Positions 1-9,637 of a stretch of DNA of 64,000 nt are shown here, piece after piece. Within the stretch, counting starts at the first letter, position 1; every line of letters begins with the position of its first letter. Under the pieces are notes generated by a model that worked only from the letters and a program-made list of their open reading frames with translations, was not told the DNA's origin and did not search any database. The DNA comes from an uncultured Planctomycetota bacterium (lineage in GTDB: Bacteria; Planctomycetota; Planctomycetia; Pirellulales; Lacipirellulaceae). The position numbers and the translations under genes are program-made. Location of the stretch: assembly GCA_963719315.1 (NCBI GenBank), contig CAVRBU010000017.1:104922-168921 (forward strand), read 5' to 3'.

Positions 1-462
1 GGGAACGGGGCTGTGTTCCAGGGCCGACTCGCTTCCGGTGGGGGCGACCGGTCTTGGATAGACCGGCAACGCTTGCTTATTTACGCGCGGCGAGGCGATG
101 AAGTTCTGCGAAATCCGGCGACTTTTTCGAAAATATGCTTCCAAGCACCATGAGCCCCCAATACGTCGCGCTCAGCATTTACAGAACAAAACTCAGCTAT
201 TTTCGCAAGTAGTTTGGGCCGCTGCCCATCGGTCGTTCCGGCAAGCTATGCGGGCGGTAACGATTGTGCCCATGCGCCGTCGCCGCTTTTGCGGGCTGTG
301 CGGGTGAAAGCACCGGCGGTGCGGCCGGATGGGCCGGTTTTGCTGGTTGTCGGCCTCGCGGACGGTCGAATTCTGATTCTACGGATCGTTCGCAAAACGA
401 CGGCGGTAACGATTTGCCTGCAACCGGCGCCGCCCGACCGCGCGTCGCACCCTGGACAACGG

Positions 463-1659
463 ATGACACAACCTTGGTCCAACACCCGGCGCTGGCTGGC
501 GGCTTGCCTCGCGGCAACGAGCTTCGCCGCTGCGCCTTGCGTCGCCGCGGAACCGGGCAGTAGCAATTCGCTGCCCGTGCGGGGCGAGACAGTGACCGGT
601 GATGCACCGGCCGCCTACCGGCTGCCTCTCATCGGCCTGTGCGATCCGGCCGACGAAGCCCGCATTACGGGCAACGCGGTTGCTGCCGATACGTACAGGG
701 TCGCAGCTAAGCCGCAAGCGGCGAACGCCACGATTGCAACTGCGCCGGCCGTTTCCACAGCGGCTTCCGCCGCCACGCTCCCCTTTCCCTCGAATACGGC
801 CGGTTTGACCGCCCAGCTTCTGCCGGCCGTGCAGCGCGGTTACAACCTCGCGCAGCGCGGCGCGTTCTTCGCCGCCCGCATGGAGTTCATCCAAGTTTTG
901 CGTCGCGTGGCCCAGGCCAAAGACGCGGCCGCCGGCACCAATGAGTTTTCGGCCGCTCTTGCCGCCGGTCTGCGAGCGATGGATGAGGCCGACGACTTCG
1001 TCCCACGGGGCACGCAGCTCGAAGGCGAGCTCGATGTCCGCGCCGTCGCTTCATCGCACCGCACGCCCGTGTTGCGCGAACACCACGAGACCGTCTTGCC
1101 GCACGAAGCGGTCGCGCTCTATCACAAGTTCGCGCAGGAACGGCTGGCCCGCGCCGCCGTGGACGAACAAGCCGGCTCGATGGCCCTGTACGGCATCGGC
1201 AACGTGTACGCCCGCCTCGCAGAGCGACGCGATGACGATGTGCAGTGCACGCGCGGCGCGATGACCATGTACTGTGCCGCGCTCGATTCATGCCCGAACA
1301 ACAATCTGGCCGCCAACGAACTCGGCGTGCTGCTGTGCCGCACCGGTCATCCGGCCGAGGCCATCGACAACTTCAAGTGGGCCATCGACGTGGCCCCCAG
1401 CGCGACCGCGTACCATAACCTGGCCGTCGCGCAGCAGAAGCTGAACATGCCGGCCGCCTCGGCGGCCAACGAGCAAGAATCCGAGCGGCTCGCCGCCTGG
1501 GAGCGGGCAACCGGCTCCATCTCGCGGCGGGCCGGCGTTGACTGGGTAACGCCCGCCGAGTTGGCCCGCGTCTCGCAGCCCGCCCCGTTAACCTCCGCAA
1601 CCGCTGAATCTGCCGTCTCCACACGACCCATCCCTCCGCCTCAGCACAAATGGCGTTAA
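463..1659 (+). CDS. Secreted TPR-repeat protein
   Basis: Within ORF 214..1659; ATG at 463 gives a signal-peptide-like N-terminus (TRRWLAACLAATSFAAAPCVA). TPR-like helices AANELGVLLCRTGHPAEAIDNFKWAIDVAPSATAYHNLAVAQQKL. Confidence 0.7.
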   Translation: MTQPWSNTRRWLAACLAATSFAAAPCVAAEPGSSNSLPVRGETVTGDAPAAYRLPLIGLCDPADEARITGNAVAADTYRVAAKPQAANATIATAPAVSTAASAATLPFPSNTAGLTAQLLPAVQRGYNLAQRGAFFAARMEFIQVLRRVAQAKDAAAGTNEFSAALAAGLRAMDEADDFVPRGTQLEGELDVRAVASSHRTPVLREHHETVLPHEAVALYHKFAQERLARAAVDEQAGSMALYGIGNVYARLAERRDDDVQCTRGAMTMYCAALDSCPNNNLAANELGVLLCRTGHPAEAIDNFKWAIDVAPSATAYHNLAVAQQKLNMPAASAANEQESERLAAWERATGSISRRAGVDWVTPAELARVSQPAPLTSATAESAVSTRPIPPPQHKWR

Positions 1660-1710
1660 ACGATTCTGCTTCGCTCGACGCAAACTGTCCTAACTCACCG
1701 CCCGCCGCCC

Positions 1711-2953
1711 ATGACGACAACTCGCTGCAACAAGAATCGGTGGTTTGCCGTCGTGGCAATGGGTGTAGCGGCGGGTGCGGTTTGCATCGGCGAACGCGCA
1801 GCGGCCCAACAGCCGTGCCAATCCTGTCAACTATCCCAACCATGCCGGCCGATCAATTTCGCAGCTCCGTATCCGATTTGGGGCGTTGATAGCGCGGCCG
1901 GCTGCGGCTGCGGCGAGGTCGGCTGGGACGCCCGCGGCATGATCCCCTGGCAAGAGTTCGCGCAGGGTGAATACGTCGGCCACGCCCGCACGCCCCAAGT
2001 GCCCGAGTATCGCATCCGCGAGAGCGATGTCGTCGCCGTCTACTACCGCCGCACACGCGAAGAAATCTCGCGCCCGTACGAGATCCAAGTCGGCGATCGC
2101 CTCCGCGTCGAGTCCCTCACCTCCGGTCGCAGCACGACAAGCACCTCCGCCGGCGCCGACGCCCAACAGGCCGACGACAACCTTACGCGGGATCTCGTCG
2201 TGCAGCCCGATGGCACGATCACGCTCCCTTTGCTCGGCCAGGTGCGTGCCACGCGACTGACGATCACCGAGCTCCGCGACGAACTCGAAGAACAGTACAA
2301 AAAATATTTCCGCGTGCCGTCGATCACCGTCACGCCTATTTCCGTGAACACCCGGCTGGAAGACCTGTTGAACACGGTCGATAGCCGCGCCGGCACGCTC
2401 GGCGGCTTGCAGATTCAGGTCCCCGTCACACCGGCAGGCGAAGTCCAACTTCCCGGCGTCGGCAGTGTGTTCGTGCAAGAACTCACGCTCGACGAAGCCC
2501 GCCGAGAAATCGACGCCCGCTACGACGCGGCGATCCCCGGTGTACATGTTACGCTCGTTCTCTCGCAACGCGCGAAACGATTCGTGTACGTGATCGGCGA
2601 AGTCGCCCAACCGGGCCGCTTCGAACTCGAAGCGCCGACGGAACGTCATCCAAGCGCTGAGTCTTGCCGGTGGCACGAACATCGGCGCGAACACGCGGCA
2701 AGTCGTCGTCTTCCGCCGCGGCCCGGATTGGCGATTGATGGCCACAATGCTCGACCTCCGCGGCGCGCTCTATGCCCGCCGCCCGGTGCCCGCCGACGAT
2801 ATCTGGCTCAACGATTCAGATATCGTCCTGGTGCCCAAGACGCCGATCCAGCAAGTCGACGAAGTCATCGAGCAGTACATTGTCCGGGGCGCGTACAGCC
2901 TTATCCCCCGCGAATTGATCTGGAACCTCAACACCACCGGCTCAACGCTGTAG
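1711..2953 (+). CDS. Polysaccharide biosynthesis/export (Wza-like, Poly_export + SLBB) protein, frameshifted near 2641
   Basis: Motifs YEIQVGDRLRV, VQPDGTITLPLLGQV and VYVIGEVAQPGRF; continues in the next frame as NVIQALSLAGG...DIWLNDSDIVLVPK to the stop at 2953. Confidence 0.85.
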
Positions 2954-2966
2954 GAAAGGTCATCAC

Positions 2967-2989
2967 GTAGCGGGTTTCTCCGAAACTCG
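2967..2989. repeat. GTAG-type REP-like hairpin
   Basis: GTAG-CGGGTTTC-tcc-GAAACTCG, just after the export gene. Confidence 0.45.
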
Positions 2990-3007
2990 AATTCCCAGGG
3001 TGCGGCG

Positions 3008-3108
3008 TAGGGTGGCTGGGGTCGAGTCCGCCGCGGCGGACGAGCCCCCAGCTGGTCGCGATTTCACTGGCGCGCTGGGGGCTCATTGCGTTCGACCCCA
3101 GCCACCTA
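3008..3108. repeat. ~100 bp palindromic REP/REPIN-like element, copy 1
   Basis: Arms GGTGGCTGGGGTCGA ... TCGACCCCAGCCACC with inner stem GAGCCCCCAGC/GCTGGGGGCTC; near-identical to 3539-3640. Confidence 0.85.
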
Positions 3109-3501
3109 TTACGCTCCCGCCACTTTTTTCCGTCGCGCGGGCTTGCGAATCGCCTTCCACGCCCGTCGGGCGTGTGACCGATCCAGCCGCGCTAGTTGGC
3201 ACGTCCGCAAGTCGAGAGTCTTCTGTTCGCCAGCCGCCGACTTCACCAATACAAATGGCACGCACACCGAGAGCACCTTCAGCGGCGTGCCTTCCAAGGG
3301 CGGCATGAACCGAATCCGCACCGGCTCCTCCAGAGGCAAGACCCACGAATCCGAACGCCACCAGAACGACGGCAACTCCGAAATCACAAATAGCGGCGTC
3401 ACGAAATCGCCCCGCCGAATCTCTTCCGGCGCAAGCGCCTTCGCCAGCGTCGCCTCGGCAGCGGCTGCTCGTTTGCACTTGGTGTCGGGGGAGGTTGTCA
3501 T
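3109..3501 (-). CDS. Hypothetical protein (~130 aa)
   Basis: ORF fills the gap between two palindromic repeats and has a plausible globular composition (APEEIRRGDFV...PLKVLSVCVPFVLVK); start taken at ATG 3501. Confidence 0.65.
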   Translation of the reverse strand: MTTSPDTKCKRAAAAEATLAKALAPEEIRRGDFVTPLFVISELPSFWWRSDSWVLPLEEPVRIRFMPPLEGTPLKVLSVCVPFVLVKSAAGEQKTLDLRTCQLARLDRSHARRAWKAIRKPARRKKVAGA

Positions 3502-3538
3502 ATAACGTAGACAAACGGTGATCGCCACAGGTTCACGC

Positions 3539-3640
3539 CAGGGTGGCTGGGGTCGAGTCCGCCGCGTCGGACGAGCCTCCAGTTCTTCGAGATTTCACCG
3601 GCGCGCTGGAGGCTTACTTCGTTCGACCCCAGCCACCCTG
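3539..3640. repeat. ~100 bp palindromic REP/REPIN-like element, copy 2
   Basis: CAGGGTGGCTGGGGTCGA ... TCGACCCCAGCCACCCTG, a perfect 18-bp outer inverted repeat. Confidence 0.85.
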
Positions 3641-3676
3641 CGCATATTGCGTCTCGGAGTGACGCGTCCACGTGCC

Positions 3677-3859
3677 ATGAATGACGAAGCCACTTACATC
3701 TGCGGCGCTTGCGGCGAAGAAATCGTCGTCCCGATCGACATCACCCAAGGCGAGCGCCAGGAGTACGTTGAAGACTGCCCCGTCTGCTGTCGCGCCAACG
3801 TGATTCATGTCGAAATCGACGATGACGGCGAAGCGACCATCTGGTCCGAACTCGAGTAG
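3677..3859 (+). CDS. CPXCG-motif cysteine-rich small protein
   Basis: MNDEATYICGACGEEIVVPID...EYVEDCPVCCRAN; two CxxC pairs typical of this family. Confidence 0.85.
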   Translation: MNDEATYICGACGEEIVVPIDITQGERQEYVEDCPVCCRANVIHVEIDDDGEATIWSELE

Positions 3860-3916
3860 GGGTGGGCACCGCCGACCAACGATTTGGCACAAAATAGTGG
3901 GCGGTGTCTACCCTGC
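3856..3916. repeat. Degenerate GTAG-type REP doublet (REPIN-like)
   Basis: GTAGGGGTGGGCACCGCCGACC ... GTGGGCGGTGTCTACCCTGC inverted pair overlapping the stop codon. Confidence 0.55.
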
Positions 3917-4047
3917 AATTACAACTCGGCGTCCCGCGGTGTGTGCTTGCTACGAACATCTACCCAAACCGCCGCCGTTTCCGCTAAGCTCGATACTCCG
4001 CCCACACATCTCCCTCCGAAACCTGCCTCCTGTTCCCTCCCACCCGC

Positions 4048-5334
4048 ATGCCCCAGCCCGATTCTGTAGATCCGATCGCCTCGCTTCGGCATCGCGGCTT
4101 TCTCATTTACCTTCTTGGAGGTTTGATTTCCAACGCGGGCAGTCAGATGCGGATTGTCGCCGTGCAGTGGGAATTTACGATCCGCGAATCCGATCCGCGG
4201 AAGTTGGCGCTTTTCCTCGGTTACGTTGGCCTAACGCTGGTGTTGCCAGTCATCTTATTCGCTTTGCCAGCCGGGGCGGCGGCCGATCGGTTTTCGCGGC
4301 GTTGGCTGGTCCTCATCGCTCAGGTTGGGCTCGCGATCTGCGGCGTCGGGCTGGCGTGGGCGTCGTGGGTCGAGGCGCCGATTATTCTGATCTATCTTCT
4401 GTTATTCGGAACGGGGACGTTTCGCGCTTTGGGCTGGCCTGCGTCGGCAGCGATCGTCCCGGGTCTGGTACCGGCCAGGGCGTTTTCCAATGCCGCGACC
4501 TGGCGAAGCAACGCCTACCAGTTGGCCTCGACGCTCGGGCCGTTGGCGGGCGGGTTGCTCCTCGCATGGTGGAGCCCGGTGACCGTGTTTTTGATCGATG
4601 CCGCGTCGAGTCTGATCTTGGCAGCCTGCATGTTGTTCGTCCGGCCGCGTGCGCAGGAGCGCGTCGTGGAGCCGAGATCGTGGCGGGCCCTGGTACAGGG
4701 CATTCATTTCCTCCGCCGCCAGCCCATCATTCTTTCCACGATGACACTCGACATGGTGGCCGTGTTGTTCGGCGGCGTCGTCGCCCTGCTGCCGATTTTC
4801 GCGACGCAGTTTTTCCACGATCGTGAACAGGCGGCGGTCGCTTTGGGTTGGATGCGGGCGATGCCGGCGCTGGGCTCGATTGTCATGGGATTCATTATCG
4901 CCTTGCGTCCGCCGATCAAGCGCGGCGGGCGGGCGATTCTGATCACCGTCGTGGTCTTCGGCCTGGCGACGATTGTGTTCGGCATTTCAACGTCTTTTGC
5001 GTTGTCGCTCTCAGCTCTGTTCATCTTGGGCGCGGCCGACAATATCAGCGTCGTGATCCGCCAGACCGTACTCCAGTTAATGACGCCCGACTCGATGCGC
5101 GGGCGCGTGACGGCCGTAAGCGTAATCTTCATCGGTTCGAGCAACGAGTTGGGCGAGTTCGAATCGGGCGTAACCGCCAGCTTGCTGGGCCTGGTACCTT
5201 CGGTTGTCTTCGGCGGCGTGATGACGCTCGTCACCGTCGTCGTCGTTGCCGCTATCTGGCCCGAACTAGTCCACCTCGGCAGCCTCGAGCACTTGCAACC
5301 ACCGGAACCCAGCGAAGCCGAAGTCGTGGCGTAA
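4048..5334 (+). CDS. MFS transporter (EntS/MFS_3-like)
   Basis: About 12 hydrophobic segments; motif A variant GAAADRFSRR; C-terminal LQLMTPDSMRGRV...SNELGEFESG. Confidence 0.9.
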   Translation: MPQPDSVDPIASLRHRGFLIYLLGGLISNAGSQMRIVAVQWEFTIRESDPRKLALFLGYVGLTLVLPVILFALPAGAAADRFSRRWLVLIAQVGLAICGVGLAWASWVEAPIILIYLLLFGTGTFRALGWPASAAIVPGLVPARAFSNAATWRSNAYQLASTLGPLAGGLLLAWWSPVTVFLIDAASSLILAACMLFVRPRAQERVVEPRSWRALVQGIHFLRRQPIILSTMTLDMVAVLFGGVVALLPIFATQFFHDREQAAVALGWMRAMPALGSIVMGFIIALRPPIKRGGRAILITVVVFGLATIVFGISTSFALSLSALFILGAADNISVVIRQTVLQLMTPDSMRGRVTAVSVIFIGSSNELGEFESGVTASLLGLVPSVVFGGVMTLVTVVVVAAIWPELVHLGSLEHLQPPEPSEAEVVA

Positions 5335-5478
5335 CTCGCGCCCTTCCACTCCCCCAGTTGCACCCAGCGGCATCCGCAAGGCATCTTCCTCGACTTGCGT
5401 AAAAGTCCGCCCCGTATCAATGGCCACCTTCTTGGCCTCGGCCAGCAGCTTTACATCCAGTCGTATGGTGGTTCTCAT
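5266..5478 (-). pseudogene. Orphan/truncated RHH (VapB/CopG-like) antitoxin
   Basis: MRTTIRLDVKLLAEAKKVAIDTGRTFTQVEEDALR is a ribbon-helix-helix antitoxin N-terminus; the frame then runs into the MFS 3' end and no toxin follows. Confidence 0.55.
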
Positions 5479-5530
5479 GCATCAAAGCATATTTTATAGA
5501 CCTCAATATGTTCAACTGATCCCAGCTGCT

Positions 5531-5649
5531 GGTGGTGTCCTAATTTGCGGCACAACAACCTTGTAGCACGGACCAGTCCGTGATCTCGCACGGACTGAAG
5601 TACGTGCTACAAGGATCCGATCCGAACGGCGCCAAATTAGGACACCACC
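5531..5649 (+). mobile_element. MITE copy 1 (17-bp TIR, internal REP doublet, 8-bp TSD CAGCTGCT)
   Basis: GGTGGTGTCCTAATTTG ... CAAATTAGGACACCACC; flanks 5523-5530 and 5650-5657 are both CAGCTGCT. Confidence 0.9.
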
Positions 5650-5930
5650 CAGCTGCTCCGGCCTCGTCGCTCTGAAAGCGACGGCAGGGATGGGGATTCC
5701 AACAATAGCAAGGCCGCTGAATTGCACTTCACACCGAATGTTCGTCAGGAAACGTTTTCCCACTTCATACTTTACTCAAAGTGAAACCCGCCAAGCACGG
5801 CAAGGAATACAGAGAGAAATCAACCTGGCATGCAGTGTATCTGCGAGAGGCCGTACCGGCAGACTCTCGCATTTTAATCGCAATAAGCGAGGACTTGGCG
5901 TGCTTGGCGGTTCGTCTTTTCAGTTTGAGC

Positions 5931-6533
5931 TCAATAGATTCGAAATAGCGTCGGCAGCAGCCCGCTCTCGTGTGAGAATTCGAGCAATTCCACAACGCCG
6001 ATCAGCAACAGTAGAAAGGCAATGCCGAAGAACCCCCGCTTCATGATACGCGGAGAAACGCTGATATCCTCTGGCTCGGAATAGAATCGAAACGAGGGAA
6101 AGAATCGTGGAATCGTTGCCAGGTAAGACAGGTAGTCGCCTCCAAATTTTTGCGACAGGTGTGCTTCCTCGCGCTTGATTTGAAAATGATAGAGCGCCAG
6201 CAGCGCGACTCCGACGACGGCCGGCGCGGTAAATGTCTCCGTGCAGAACCCCACGCCCAAGCCGATCATCCAACTGAATAAGTAGAGTGGGTTTCGGCAA
6301 ATCGAATAGGGACCGCTTGTGACCAACTGGGCGGACTTATGACCGGAAATATATGATGTTGCCCAGGCGCGCCCGGCCGCCCCGAAACCAGCGAATGCCA
6401 TTCCGACGAAAAACAAAGACTCCTCGACAGCCGGCTGACGGATGGACCAGATGGTTGTTCCACACGCAAATATCGAAATTGCAATCACAGAAAAAAGTCT
6501 TGTCAGTTGCAGCCGAGTTCGGGTTTGCGACAT
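5931..6533 (-). CDS. Isoprenylcysteine carboxyl methyltransferase (ICMT/PEMT) family membrane protein
   Basis: LVTSGPYSICRNPLYL and EEAHLSQKFGGDYLSYLATIPRF motifs. Confidence 0.85.
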   Translation of the reverse strand: MSQTRTRLQLTRLFSVIAISIFACGTTIWSIRQPAVEESLFFVGMAFAGFGAAGRAWATSYISGHKSAQLVTSGPYSICRNPLYLFSWMIGLGVGFCTETFTAPAVVGVALLALYHFQIKREEAHLSQKFGGDYLSYLATIPRFFPSFRFYSEPEDISVSPRIMKRGFFGIAFLLLLIGVVELLEFSHESGLLPTLFRIY

Positions 6534-7170
6534 GTTGCGACCTTCGTGAGAATGGGCTTAGCTGAACTTCCAGAGTTGGCATGGCCGCGCGCGGATTTTT
6601 CGAAATCCTCGCCGGGATAGATCTAGGCGCTCGTCAGCCGGATTGGATCACCCAGGTAGACTGCGGATTAGGATGGAAGCTAGCTTAGCGCTAAAGCTTC
6701 ATTGCGAACCGCCTGCCGCGGCTCTAGCGGCCTGGAAAAGGCTGAGGCTAATGCTAGCGCAACGTCCCACAAGTGTGAGTAACGCGTAGTCACATTCGGC
6801 AGTTAGGGCCGCTGACTTGAGCGGCACGGTCGACTGCTCAACCCCTGTGAAGCCACTCCTGGGATGCGCAAGCATCAAAAATGGCCCGAATTCGTTGATT
6901 CGAGTCGCTGCGGCAAACTTGCCCGGATCGGGGAAATCCTGAGCTATTAAGGCGGGACGGCAGGCAGGCAGGCATCAATGGCTGGGGGTGCGGATATGCT
7001 AGAAAAACTGTCGTAGTTACAATAATTTGTTGAATCTTAGCCGAGTGCTTGAGTAAACTTATCGAGAGGGCCACAATTTGTTGCGACAGTGCTGAAAACT
7101 CGAGTTGAACCGCCGGCGGCAGTAATTTTCGTGGTCGTTCGGGCAAATCAGAAATTCATTTGGGACAGCG

Positions 7171-8283
7171 GTGATGAAAAGATTCAGTCGATTGCCATCC
7201 TTCGAAGTGCTGGAAGAAAAGCGGTTGAAGGCCGCGGATTTGGCGTGCTCGATCGCGCACGGCCCCGGGTTTGTAGAAGCGGTTGAAGCTTCGCCGAGTT
7301 GCCCTCCAACGAGCAGTCCGCTAATCGCGAGTTCTCTTCAGCAATCGAAATCATTAACCGCAAGTGCTGCGTCAGAATCCACGGAGGACGAATCCAACTC
7401 CGAAGAGCAGGGCAGTGAAACCGACGGCTCGGACGACAACGAGACCGACGGCTCAGACGACAGTGAGGGTGACGACACAGACGATAACGAGACCGACGGG
7501 TCGGATGACAATGAAACAGACAACTCGGACGATAACGAATCCGATGACTCCGATGACAGCGACTCCGATGACAGCGACTCCGATGACAGCGACTCCGACG
7601 ACAACGACTCCAGCGATCAGGAGATGGAATTCTCGGCCACGTTGACGGGAACTGGCGATGGGACGGCCAGCGTAGAGACAGATACGGAGCACGCTTCGAC
7701 GAAGACGGACTTTGTAGTCAAGGTTTCTGGAGCCCCCGCCAGCCAAACTTTTCAAGTGACGGTCGATTCCACCGTGGTGGGTAACCTTACCACCGACACC
7801 CAGGGTGCTGGGAAACTGAAGCTTTCGAGTGACCCGGATGACGATGAGCAAGCGCTGCCGGCTGATTTTCCCACGGTGTCGGACGGCACGACGGTGAGTG
7901 TGGGCCTGGCTGGCCAAACGCCTATTCTAACGGGAACATTCGCGGCGGATTCAGAAGCTTCGGACTTGAAACAGCTCGAAAGTTCGGGCTTGAGTAGCGG
8001 ACAACTGTCATTACCGAATGATTTTCAAACGGGCGGTTCGGGTGCGTCGTCTAACTCTGCCGCCCTTAAGTCTTCGGCTACCAGCTTGCCGTCCCAACGA
8101 TCGGCGGACGATAGCGCCCTTGACCCGAATCTGGTCGATTTGGTGTATGCCACTGCCGATAATCCGCACAATTCCGAAGATCAATCCGCACTTTTGGAAA
8201 GCAGCACAAAGGGCCCGGCAGACGAATCCGCGGATTCGGTTTTTGAGCGTCTCTCAAGCAACCCGCTTACCTGGACCAATTAA
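7171..8283 (+). CDS. Planctomycete 'extracellular' motif protein with Asp/Ser-rich repeats
   Basis: N-terminus KRFSRLPSFEVLEEKRLKA resembles the Planctomycete RRLxxExLExRxLLA motif; long acidic tract followed by a beta-rich domain. Confidence 0.75.
   Translation: MMKRFSRLPSFEVLEEKRLKAADLACSIAHGPGFVEAVEASPSCPPTSSPLIASSLQQSKSLTASAASESTEDESNSEEQGSETDGSDDNETDGSDDSEGDDTDDNETDGSDDNETDNSDDNESDDSDDSDSDDSDSDDSDSDDNDSSDQEMEFSATLTGTGDGTASVETDTEHASTKTDFVVKVSGAPASQTFQVTVDSTVVGNLTTDTQGAGKLKLSSDPDDDEQALPADFPTVSDGTTVSVGLAGQTPILTGTFAADSEASDLKQLESSGLSSGQLSLPNDFQTGGSGASSNSAALKSSATSLPSQRSADDSALDPNLVDLVYATADNPHNSEDQSALLESSTKGPADESADSVFERLSSNPLTWTN
7420..7612 (+). repeat. Coding tandem repeats (ETDGSDDN 24-bp and DSDDS 15-bp units)
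   Basis: Repeated gactccgatgacagc and gagaccgacggctc-like units. Confidence 0.85.
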
Positions 8284-8319
8284 GCCCGACAGCGGCGTCG
8301 AAACACGAAGCGATTTCAC

Positions 8320-8360
8320 AAAAAAACAGCCCCCCGGTCTCGGAACCGGGAGGGCTGTTT
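8320..8360. terminator. Intrinsic terminator between convergent genes, probably bidirectional
   Basis: A-run + CAGCCCCCCGGT / ACCGGGAGGGCTG stem + TTT. Confidence 0.75.
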
Positions 8361-8396
8361 GGTTAGCACAGGAATTTAGGACGGTCAAACCGCGAA

Positions 8397-9359
8397 TCAA
8401 TAAGCGGCTGGATTAACTAAAGCCCGACGTAGTTGTTGGTTGGCGTTACGGGCAGTGTTCTGGCGAAGGTAAGCAGGTGTGCCGGCTCCTTCGCCGGGCT
8501 CCATCATGTTTTCTTCGTCGCCGCCGCCTTCGCCACCGCCTTCTTCGTGGGCCGGGTTCTCTTCGTCGGCTGCAGCTCCAAGGAGGATTTGGATACCTAG
8601 CAAACAGAAGAAGTCGGGCACGCCGTCGCGGCTGGAGCGGAAGCTGCGCCCGGCCGAGCCGAGCAGAACGAGGTTCTTATTGAGCGGGTACGCAAAACCA
8701 AGATTGAAGAACGGAACATCCGGATCTAGAGAATTTCTGTGGTCAAATACAAAGGCGCCAACTTCCCCTTGCAGTTCCAGGCCACTTTCGTATTCGTAAC
8801 CTGTAGCGAGGCCAAACTTCCAGAAATTCGAATCGTTGTCGCCGAACACAATATTGTAACCGATTTCCGGATTGATCCACGCATTGTCGTCGCAGAAGGC
8901 TTTCTGAAACTCAAAGGGCAAAAACAGTTCGGTCTGACCACTGCCCAGGTCGCGGCTTTCGTCACCGGTCGGGCTGGCGACCTGCGGGTAAAATGAGACG
9001 GCCCAGCCAATGCCTTCATCTTCATCCAGGAAACGGTACTTGTATCCGACCAAGAGATCGCTGATGCCCCACTCGGCGTCGGCGCCTTCGGGATCGTTTT
9101 GCAGGACGGCGAATTCGACTTTCAACTGATCTCTATCACTGAACAGGCCGTAATTGAGGTCGAACAGCGGGGCCTCCAACTCGTGCCCGTCGCGGGTGTG
9201 CTCGTAGGCGGAGGTGATATTGATTTCCCAGCCGTGATAGCCGGGTGTTTCCGGGTCGTCGGTAATCAAGGGGGGCGAACCGGCGAAGGCCTGGCCGCAG
9301 CCGATTGTGAAAGCCATGAGCAGGCTAGCTCTCACGAGAACGCTAATCCGTGCGTACAT
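8397..9359 (-). CDS. Putative outer-membrane beta-barrel ('transporter' family)
   Basis: Signal peptide, GSPPLITDDPETP, alternating beta-strands (DLLVGYKYRF, FNLGFAYPL) and an acidic C-terminal tail. Confidence 0.65.
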   Translation of the reverse strand: MYARISVLVRASLLMAFTIGCGQAFAGSPPLITDDPETPGYHGWEINITSAYEHTRDGHELEAPLFDLNYGLFSDRDQLKVEFAVLQNDPEGADAEWGISDLLVGYKYRFLDEDEGIGWAVSFYPQVASPTGDESRDLGSGQTELFLPFEFQKAFCDDNAWINPEIGYNIVFGDNDSNFWKFGLATGYEYESGLELQGEVGAFVFDHRNSLDPDVPFFNLGFAYPLNKNLVLLGSAGRSFRSSRDGVPDFFCLLGIQILLGAAADEENPAHEEGGGEGGGDEENMMEPGEGAGTPAYLRQNTARNANQQLRRALVNPAAY

Positions 9360-9637
9360 CGCAAAGTCTCCGTAATATGCGCAGTCGAGGCGTTGATAGA
9401 CGTAATGTCTGTCCTATCCTTCTTCGTCCGCGGATCGACAAGCTATCAACCCCCGCTTGGTTGAAAGCCGAAGTACTATGAAATCCGTAGATAAGTGATG
9501 CGGTCGGTAGGAGTTCGACTACTTATGCACTGCGGAACGGGCGCCTGGCGCAGCGCTTCCGCACGCTAACGAGGGGACGACGCTGCGGTCCCGCAGACTT
9601 GACGAATGGGGCAGGAAAAACCGGCGCGATTGCGCTT

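Noticed and set aside
3807..4826. Long alternative-frame and antisense ORFs (also 13574-14569, 16691-17836, 18957-19772, 59284-60063)
   Set aside because: They shadow well-supported genes, are Arg/Pro/Ala-rich and lack motifs, as expected for GC-rich DNA.
6540..7170. Possible ncRNA in the long intergenic region with small palindromes
   Set aside because: No recognisable family motif or convincing extended structure by eye; a covariance-model search would be needed.
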